Shown here: positions 25,601 through 35,900 of the stretch, one piece after another
Layout: each line of letters begins with the position of its first letter
Position numbering within the stretch: position 1 is the stretch's first letter
Source of the DNA: Bugula neritina
Lineage: Eukaryota; Animalia; Bryozoa
Assembly: GCA_964035545.1 (NCBI GenBank)
Contig: OZ037766.1
Location: forward strand, 32,106,773-32,170,772
Length of the DNA: 64,000 bases
Reading direction: 5' to 3'
The notes under the pieces: model-generated
Databases searched by the model: none
Told to the model about the DNA's origin: nothing
The model's input: the letters and a program-made list of their open reading frames with translations, nothing else
Translations under genes and position numbers: made by a program

Positions 25601-28600
25601 TGGCAGAGTCTGGTAAGTGTGTACTTACCTCTATACTTACCTCTATACTTATCTCTGTACTTACCTCTATACTTACCTCTGTACTTACCTCTATACTTAC
25701 CTCTATTACAGTTACTATGTGTTACTTACATTATAGTTAGTTTATTATCATACAGCAAAGCATAAACTGATACTAAAATCGTGAATTTAAATTCACTTGT
25801 CACACCCTCAACACTCGGCTCTGGAATCTTCTGGACTCACAGGCTAAATTCCTTACAATAAAATCTCTTCACCTCTACTGCTATATAACTTAACAAAAGC
25901 TGTTTCTTAAATAACTTCATTTTCTTACATTTTACATCAAACTGCAAACCCAATGCTCCTGTATTTCGTGACGCTTCACCAATGAATAAATCTGTAGGAA
26001 CTCAGTCTATTTATACCGAATTTTAAATGTGGAGTTATCTATTCACTATAGCAGCCAACTTCAGCATACTTGTGTTACATTGTAGGGCCGGGTCTGGCCT
26101 TCATCGCATACCCTAAAGCCTTGGCTACGATGCCAATAGCACCTCTGTGGTCAGTGATTTTCTTCATCATGTTGATACTGTTGGGGCTAGACAGTCAGGT
26201 ATGGTGCTCAGTCTAACTGTTGGTTGTACTCTAGTAACACGTATAGCTATATATAATAAGATTTAATAAGATATTACAATACAACCAGGTAGCACATGTA
26301 ACATAATGTAGTGCAATGTTTTTAGGTGTATAAGCATGTGTTAGATACTTTAAATTATTATGAAATTATCTTATGTAGTCATGTTACCTACTTAATCTAT
26401 TGTTCTCACTCAAGTTTGTTCATGCTTAACAAAATATGTCAAGTGCAAGTTTTAGAGAAAGTTTAACCAAAATTATACCCAAAAACTTTTTATTAGAAGA
26501 TAATAGTATAACATGTACTGATTACCACAAATTAAGACATGTGAATAATTGTACGTTTCTAATAAGACTTTGCAATGTGAGGAGTTGTATCACTATGAGG
26601 TATAGATAAACAGCAACCTATACATTTTACTACAAAACATATGAATGGTTGCATCTTTAAAGCCAGTTGGTATTATAAGAAAAGGGAAGATAATTCTATA
26701 TTTCAACTAGTTATTTCACCTTGACCTTTATATAGTTTGTAGCCCAGGAAGGGTTGGTGGCTGCCATTGTGGACATGTTCCCAGTGACCTTACGTAAAGG
26801 TCACCGACGAGTCATGTTTACTGGAGTAATGTGCGCCATTTGCTTCCTAGTCGCTCTTTCTATGGTAACTCAGGTATGTCAAGGTCGTTTCTATGTCACT
26901 TATAGCCTTACTTCTAGCATCACAGTAACCAAACATAAAACCTGTCAAGTTATTGCAACTAGAATCGCTTTAGTTTATAAATTTAAACCCCTGACAATTT
27001 CAAGATGTAATATAATATAAAATTCTAACAATATATAATACTTTAGAAAACAATATTATGTAAATTTCTACTTGCAGGGTGGAATGTACGTTTTCCAGAT
27101 ATTTGATTTCTATTCTGGGAGTAGAATTATTCTGTTAGTGGCTTTATTTGAGTGCATAGCTGTAGCCTATGTGTATGGTAAGTTGAGTCTCTAGATTATA
27201 CTGTTATTATCTCCCCTGTGTTGTGTATATATACTTTTATTATCTCCCCTGTGTTGTGTATATACTGTTATTATCTCCCCTGTGTTGTGTATATATATAC
27301 TGTTATTATCTCCCCTGTATTGTGTATATATACTGTTATTATCTCCTCTGCGTTGTGTGTATATATTGTTATTATCTCCCCTGTTAGTCATATCCTCTAT
27401 CTCTCTTATCCAGGTATAGACCGGTATATGGACTCTATAGAAATCATGTATGGCTTCAGAATCAATAGAGCCTGGAAATGGATGTTCCTCATTGTTGTTC
27501 CCATCACAGTTCTGGTCATTTTTATCATGAATTGTATCAGCTACAGGTGAGCACAACTCACAACTCTAACTTATCAAGAGATTTATTCTTGCACTCTCTA
27601 TATTACAAAAATTTATATTTTGTAATGCATTAAGTTTGTTGGGAATTGTATTCTCCTGGTAATGAGTAAAGCTGGTTTGGTCATTACAGTACCCTGGACT
27701 ACAAGTTCTCTGCTCATCGTATCTACCAATACCCTGCTTGGTCTATTTCTATTGGATGGCTGATGGCCTGCTCTAGCATTGTTATGGTCCCCATCTGCAT
27801 GATCTATGATCTGATAAGAAAGCTGTACTTTAAGGATAGGGTAAGACAATTTCCTATACTTTATTGCTCTAACTTCTAGGCAGCAGTTTGTAATATTAGC
27901 CTTAATTAAATATATTTTCATATCTGTAGACAAGCTTACTATTGGTTGAATATATTTCTAGCTCCTAACTATAGTTGTCTACCCTTTTCAGAGTTTCAAC
28001 ACAGGCTTTGCTACTCTGATTGTAGTTATTAGCGTTTCCCGAAAGCTACAACCGTAATGAAAGTAATGATGTGGCTGTTGCTGTTTTTACTATTGATTCA
28101 CCTTTTCAAAACTGTTGTCACTATGTCCCATGACCGTTGCTGACTTTTGTAGACGTGGAGAGATCTAATTCGTCCCCGACTGTTGCCTCATCAAATGAGA
28201 GAAGGTGATGACCCTAAAGATATCAACCCAGATGCCACCCCAGAGAACACCTTCCTTCCTGTGGATGCCATTCCGTACTATAGACCCAATACTTTGCAGT
28301 TGAAAGGTAAGTAAAACTATTACTCTTGAGTTGAAAGGTAAGTAGACTCAATGCTATGCAGTTGAAAGGTAAGTAAAACTATTACTCTTGAGTTGAAGGG
28401 TAAGTAAACCAAATACTATACAGTTAAAAGGTAAGTATAAACCCAATATGATCCAGCTGAAAGGTAAGTAGGTGAACCCAATACTCCACATATTTCTGCT
28501 TGGTAAAACTGTCGTTGTTTAGTCAGCTAGTACTGTGACAGATTCTAAAACTATTAAAAAACTTCCTTGCAATTTGATTAGCTGCTGTAAACGATGTTAC

Positions 28601-28685
28601 GCTTCACTTTGCAGAGCAAAGAGGAAATGGACATATAAATCAAGGCATGTCTTTCAACTCCGTAGACTTTAAGACTCCGATATAA
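19621..28685 (+). CDS. SLC6 transporter, GABA/taurine/creatine-like subfamily (SLC6-B), complete, 16 coding exons
   Basis: Exons 19621-19729, 20280-20396, 20976-21107, 22832-22982, 24157-24312, 24639-24771, 24884-25018, 25177-25310, 25518-25612, 26086-26198, 26736-26873, 27078-27177, 27414-27546, 27690-27840, 28153-28306, 28615-28685. Motifs: [70 protein letters not shown]. Ends DFKTPI*. Confidence 0.94.
22490..22785. repeat. (ATACT)n-type microsatellite, SLC6-B intron 3
   Basis: Direct reading. Confidence 0.9.
24191..24250 (+). repeat. Coding 15-bp repeat x4 (NTSLA/V) in SLC6-B exon 5
   Basis: aatacctcattggcg x3 followed by aatacctcattggta, in frame. Confidence 0.92.
24313..24492. repeat. 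21-bp minisatellite gatattcatgcttatatgacga, starting at the SLC6-B exon 5 donor
   Basis: About 8 copies. Confidence 0.9.
25030..25150. repeat. 21-bp minisatellite, SLC6-B intron 7; homologous inverted array at about 34080-34265 in SLC6-C intron 7
   Basis: Unit ctctacagtgtataacattaa; the SLC6-C array reads ctctacactgtataacattat on the minus strand. Confidence 0.85.
25621..25704 (+). repeat. 12-bp unit (g/a)tacttacctct x7 directly after the SLC6-B exon 9 donor
   Basis: Exact 12-bp period; the unit is the reverse complement of AGAGGTAAGTA(T/C). Confidence 0.92.
27195..27385. repeat. 31-35-bp minisatellite, SLC6-B intron 12; homologous inverted array at about 31195-31318 in SLC6-C intron 12
   Basis: Shared core tactgttattatctcccctgt in both genes. 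Confidence 0.85.
28282..28470 (+). repeat. About 31-bp unit x6, each containing the SLC6-B exon 15 splice donor
   Basis: (a/g)g|gtaagta with GT at 28307, 28338, 28369, 28400, 28431 and 28464. Confidence 0.88.
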
Positions 28686-29911
28686 CTCAGTAACTCAAAC
28701 ATATCAAGAAATCTCTCAACTCATTCTACATTTCTTTACTTTTTTCTTATTCTATATTCATATTACAACATTCAACATTCTATTTTCATATTGCGACTTG
28801 GCCGCATATTTTGGGTTCATAAAACTGGCGACAGTGACTGCATAACAGATTCCTGTTCTTTTGAAAAGCTGTTAGTAATTCAATACTACTTACTGAATGC
28901 TAAACTATTTTTGAAAACGCTTGATTTAAAATATGCTATTTTGTTTCTTTACAAAGTAAGAGTGGTGTTCAATTTCCAACCAAATTTCTTTTACCATCAC
29001 TAAAACTGCAACTAATATGTACTGTTCTCATCTTTACAATTGTACTTTGCTTTTATTGTGACAATTTCATGATTTATTTAATTTCTTTTGAACATTTGAA
29101 TATTTTTTGTATCTTTACCTTTAATTTGAATAGGTTTTAAACATTGTTTAATGTACATAGTTTTTATATTTTTAGCTGATTAACCGCACAAAATATAGCA
29201 TAATAATATATAGTAACATAATAATATATAGTAACATAACAATATATAATAACATACCATATATGAAAAATTATATAAACATATGTTTTTACTCATACTT
29301 ACAATAATTACACAAAGTCTTTCTAAGATGAATTACTGGTATTACTATGATAAGAGAGAAGGACAAGAGAAGTACCCACACCATACCATAACATCAGAAG
29401 CTAAACAACGTCTGAGATATTTCCCCAGGTCTGCCCAAATCACTTTGAATATTTTACACTCATCTTCAGATTAAAGGTTTGGATGCTCATAGCGTTGTTA
29501 AAAGTAAATTCATGTGCGTAGACATAGTAAAATTTACAATATTAATTAGGCTTGCGCTATTGATGCTCACAAGAAAAACACAGTAATTAATTTACTAGAA
29601 TGTTGAAAGTGTGAGACTATTGCATACATAACTTGAGATGCGTAGCAGTAACACACGGACTTTGCTGACTACCTTTCAAAAACTACTTCGAAAAGTGAGA
29701 AAATAATGCTTTTTGAAGCAACGAAACTTGTAAACTGTAATGGCTGTAAGATACTCGGCTAAAGTATTGTGTAAGTTAATTCACAGACTTTTAATCACTG
29801 CACTAAAATACTAGGAGTTTAAGTAACTATCAGAACAAACAGAGAGTTATACAAAACTCTGCGCTTGGTAACATCTACTGATCTCTGGGGTTCTGCTGAA
29901 AGAGATTACAA

Positions 29912-32900
29912 TCAAACAGGATGTAACTTTTCTGTATCGACTTCCATATTTACAGCAGCGTCATAGCCAGGAAGTCCATCATTTTCAGCTGCTGGGGCAC
30001 CCATTACAGGCGTTCCATCAGGGTTCAAAGGTACTAACATTGTGTTGGTGGGAGCATACATATTCTGTGGGAGCACAACTCCGGGAGTCCTATGAACTCT
30101 GGGATAATGACCTACAAAAACATTGCAGAGAATGAGCATAGCTTTATAGTAAGTGAGTGAACCACACAACTTAGAACAGAAAGAGTGGGAATGAGATGTA
30201 GTTATGAGATGGAAGGGGAATGGGGGATAACTTACGTCCTTTGTAGGTATCAACGCTTCCATTATACTCTTCCAGCAAGTCTGTAGGCAGGAAAGTGTTT
30301 GCTACTGTAGCCTCAGGGTTTATATCTAAGAGATTGTCTCCTGCTCTAAGTTGGTGAGGGAGGAGCTTCGGTCTAATCAATGCTCGTATATCCTGAATCA
30401 ACCAATCAGAGACAAGTATTATAGGTGTAAACATTATTGACCAAAAATATTTTTGCTTTTAAGTAGTTTTTTATGCATTTCAGTTTATTAAGTTAATAAG
30501 TGTCAACTTGATATTTTGCTGATTACGAACCAGTGAATTCAATCCACCAGTAAGGATGCGTTTGACAACGGCGTAAATCATGAAGATGGGAACCATAATG
30601 ATGCTGGAGCAGGCCATCAACCAGCCAATCGAAATGGCCCAGTTGGGGTAAATGTACGTGTGCTGTGCTGAGAACTTGTAAGTAAGTCGGCTGAAAAATA
30701 ATGCCCGTAAATTTATAAACATATGATGGGAGTCAAGGGCTACATTTACAGCTTGACAGGATGCAACTATGCAGTGCTTTATTCTCTGTTAGTAAAAATG
30801 AACTAAAACAAAAAATTGTTATCTGTTAATATTCAACAGAAAGTATGACTTATTAAGTTTTTAAGTACTTTTTTAATGATGTAATTCATGCTGTGTGAAC
30901 ACACGTAGACCAGTTACTCATATGTTGAAATGGATTTACTATAAAAACTAGAAACTATACAAAAGGCAGAAGTCGACTTACCTGTAACTGATGCAGTTCA
31001 TAATGAAGATAACGAGGACAGTGATGGGAGTAATGACCAGGTAGAACCATTTCATTACCTGAAACAGGTTGGGCAGTCTAAACCCATACATCATTTCCAG
31101 GTTCACCAGAAATCTGTCAATTCCTAAATTTAAAATGGATGACAACTTTTAAGCATTAAATAGAGAAGACAACTCTGAAATAATATGCTGAACCTAGATA
31201 ATAACAGTATGTATATACAATATACAGGGGAGATAATAACAGTATGTATATACAATATACAGGAGAGATAATAACAGTATGTATATACAATATACAGGGG
31301 AGATGATAACAGTATAATTTAGAGACTCAACTTACCATACACATAGGCTACAGCTATGCACTCAAATAAAGCCACTAACAGAATAATTCTACTTCCAGAA
31401 TAGAAATCAAATATCTGGAAAATGTACATTCCACCCTGTAAGTAGAAAGTTACATAATGTAGTCTTCTGGGAAGTAGTAAATAATTTAGAGTCATATTTA
31501 ACAAGTAATCAGAATGCAGTATGTTATCAAAGTTAATCATTTATTTGTGGGAACTTTTGCTTGTATTTTGCATGCTATATGATGCAACTACACTAAACCT
31601 GCACAGGCTGTGTTTATAAATAAACTACTAGGTAAAGCAACAAGTAAAAGAATGTGAATTAGTTTCATAATAATATAATATACTGGTACTTTCCCTGCCT
31701 GTATGTTAGGGCAAGGTTCTACTTGAAGAAAATACGTTAGTTGGGGGGGGTACTAACCTCACAAACCATGCAGAGTCCAACTAGATAGCAGAGTAGACAG
31801 GCACAACCGGTGAATATGATTCTCCTGTGACCTTTACGGAGGAAAACAGGAAACATGTCGACAATCGTGGCCACAAGACCCTCCTGGGCAACAAACTACA
31901 AGAGCATATTGAGCATACGAGTGGGTGTGAGCGCATAGGAACATGGTATTGTATGATAGTATGCTATTAAAGGCTGAAATACCAGTCTATGTGGTGGTAG
32001 ACACCGCCTTGCTCTTGGGAGACCTGTTCTAGAAAATACACGCATTACCAACAAGTATAGCAGAGCTTGAGAACTGTTAGCCTTAGAAATACTTAGGAAA
32101 GAAGGGGTGGGTAGGTTACGTACCTCACTATCTAGTCCAAGTAGAATGACCATGATGAAGAAGAACACTGACCACAGAGGTGCTACTGGCATCGTAGCCA
32201 AGGCTTTGGGGTATGCGATGAAGGCCAGACCCGGCCCTGTAATATAGGTGAAACATTAATAAAAAATAGGTTAAATTAATGAGTGGTACGACTAATAGAC
32301 TAATATAAGGTCACAGGTTAATACATTATAATATAATACAAGGTCAAAGGTCAACTATATATATATATATATCCAACAAGCTGACCTGACTCAGCAACAT
32401 CCTCTATGCGAACTCCCTGTTCCTGGGCCATGTAACCCAGCACAGCAAATATCACAAATCCCGCCAGAAAGCTTGTTCCGCTAAAACAAATAGGATTCAA
32501 TACATACGGAGGAAATGCTTAGCTTGTGGTCCTACAACATAATCACTGAAAAGGTTAGCAGTCAGTTGCTAGGACCAGGGTTAAATAGTATCCAGTTTTT
32601 GCTGAGTCATATGCAGCAAGTTCAGATTCTATAACTTGTGAAAACAGCTGATAATCTGTTGACTATAAACACATCCCTGCAATGGATCTGTCACTAGAAG
32701 ATTAGAGAAGAGGGGGAGAGGGTTCAACATTTTGCAAAAATTCAAACAACAAGAATAGTGATTTAAACATAAATGGAATTTGAAGTAATAAATTTTTTAA
32801 AGAACAAAAATTTTTCATTTTCAATTATACCATTTTTATTGATTCAAACTAAAAGTTATTTACTAAAATCAATTCTTACATTCAAGGTTTAAGCATTGGA

Positions 32901-35900
32901 TACTTTTGCATCATGTCTTTTAGTCAAAATTTTGCTCAGATAAAACTTGCAGTTTTCTTATTATGAAGTTTATAGAATAAGGGGAATAAGATAACTCCAG
33001 CCTAATATTGATGGCATTTGTGAAACTATACTAAAACTGCACATTATATAGTGAATAGACGCTACCTCTAAAGGTTGAATAGTAAAGACTAAAGACTATA
33101 ATTACGACACATAATTATGCAATGAGATGAATGTACTACACCCAGCAACCCACCTAAACACTACATAAACACAAGTCAACATGACAAATATGCAGGTTGG
33201 CTGCAGGTAATATGGAGTAAGAAATTCCAGAACTGGTCAGTCATAGTATCTGGTGCAAGTTAGTCTAAGTTCATCTATTTCGTTTGAAAAACCACATGCC
33301 TAAGTCGGTAAGGCACACAGAGATAATCTGTTGCAATGCTTCACTGGAGGTACACACATCAATTGAACTCATTTGTCTTGTTAGAAGAGAAAAATGCGAA
33401 ACTTATGACATGTTTGACAGATTTTTGAAGATGCATTCAATTGTTAGCCGTTAGATTGATGATAGCAATGTAGTTGCTTGTCAACAGCTGGCAAATTTCT
33501 GAATAAAACTGTTGCCCAATTTTAAAAAATAATAAAACAGCCGCCAGCAAATGTGGCAAGAATGCTGGTTTCTATGACAACGAGTTCGAGAGATCAAATA
33601 AAATAATCTACATAAATCTATAAGCAGAAATTAAACTTATAATCAAAATAATTGAGTTTAGACATGTGACTCCTTCTACAGTTTATATGGTAGAGTGACT
33701 TAGATAAAAGCTACTACAGTGACCTAGATAAACACTACAACAGTGACCTAGATAAACACTACAATGACCTAGATAAACGCTACAACAGTTACCTAGATAA
33801 ACGCTACAACAGTTACCTAGATAAACACCACTACAGTGATTTAGATAAACACTACAACAGTTACCTAGATAAACGCTACAGTGACCTAAATAAACGCTAC
33901 AACAGTGAGTCAAATTTACCTGTTTATACAAGCGAATATCACGGTGTCTTTCATAGAGTTGTGGTGGAACTTGTTGAAGCTGCCGAGGGCCGTGGACGCA
34001 CCGATGCCGATAGAGTAGGAGAAGAATATTTGTGTGCCGGCATCCACCCACGTCTGTAAGAGATCATTGTTGATATGTTAAAGAGGTCAATGTTATACAC
34101 TGTAGAGGATAATGTTACACAGTGTAGAGGATAATGTTATACAGTGTAGAGGTCATTGTTATACACTGTAGAGGATAATGTTATACAGTGTAGAGGATAG
34201 TGTTATACAGTGTAGAGGATAGTGCTATACAGTGTAGAGATCATTGCTATACAGTGTAGAGGATAATGTGGTAACCTGCATGTCTGCCAGTCTGGATACA
34301 CTAGGTTTGAGGTAGTAAAGGATTCCTCCGCCAGCCCCAGGTAAGGTACACCCTCGGATCAGCAGGATGAACATGAAGACGTACGGAGCTGTCGCAGTGA
34401 TGTACATCACCTGAAAGATAAAGTCAGCAAAGATAAATTCAGTATTTCAACCAACAAGTCCTTGACCCAAATATGATAAACTCTAACCTGCTTATGCAAA
34501 CTACGAACCTATCATCATGTTCTGTGAATATAGTGGAGTGATATTCTAATAATGTTAGCCATTTTATGAGATTTCACTACTAATTTTATAACTAATAGTA
34601 TCACACAAATATTCAAATACAAACACCTCATTGTAATAATAATAAATACAATGTTTTAATTATTAGTACGTGAAGAACCATATTTAAATATCTAAAAGAT
34701 GCTCTAGAGATACGCGAAGTATACCTTCCCCGAGGTTTTCACTCCTTTAGATATGCAGGCGAACACGACTACCCAGGCAAGGAGGAGGCACAGAGCTAAG
34801 TCCCATTTGATTGGGCCGGGCTGATCAATGCCATCACTTATGGCCAGGACTTTGTTCCTACATAAATAAAGTGAGTCACCGTTAGACTGAGAAACTGTGC
34901 TATAAGAGGGGTGGCAAAGCAACCCCTCGCATGTAAAATACAGAGGAAGGATGCCCTTAACTATAACTCTACTAGAGCAGGCAAAGCATTGGATAACATA
35001 CAATTTTACACTTGGACCTGCTTAAGAAACTATAAACATCGAAAATATTAATGGCAATAAATTTATATACCAAGAAATATAAATTGCTTGTGTTTTTAGA
35101 GCTACATCATGCTGCGTTCTGTATTCTTATAAAGTAATTGTACAGTATTGTTTGCAAAAGGAAATGCAGGTGGGAATTAGACAAGTCATCTGTTATAGAA
35201 GATATGATGGAAAATTCCTATAACCAATCAATAAAATATGTTTAAATTATGCATACGACTTAAGTCAGCAGCAACAACCAGTTGCTGCCTCAACAGTAAA
35301 AATATCCCTGCTTCTTATTAAAGCAAAATGCTATGAACAGAAAACCAAACAGAACGAGTATTAAAACACAAACAAATAAGTGAAGTGTAAATAGTATAAT
35401 TGGCTCCCTTCACTTCCTGCTAAACAAAAGGCCGGGCAATACTAAGTTAGTAAAGTGAGTGTAATAAGCCATCACCAGAAGAATAATACAGACATAAAGC
35501 AGAGTAACATGTGACAGCGGTGTGACAGCAGTGTGATCATGTGACCTGTCCCACTCCCACCAAATTAACGGGTATATTGGAGTTAATCAGAACTCTTTAA
35601 ACATGCTGACTTTCACTATATAACTTGCCACTAAGAAGTCATGCGACTAATAGTTTGGTCACATGACCCACGGTGTGGTCACATGACCCACAATGTGGTC
35701 ACATGACCCACAATGTGGTCACATGACCTGTATACCAATGTGTGTGACTCACGGCACCATACATGTACACACGTAAATAGAGGTTAGATATGCAGGTTTT
35801 ACCTGGTAATGGATCAGGTTTTGGAAAACTCACTGCCAGAATTCAGTGGTGGGGTCCACGTAGTAGTCTACCTCAGCAACACCAGAGCTCTCGCTAGAGT

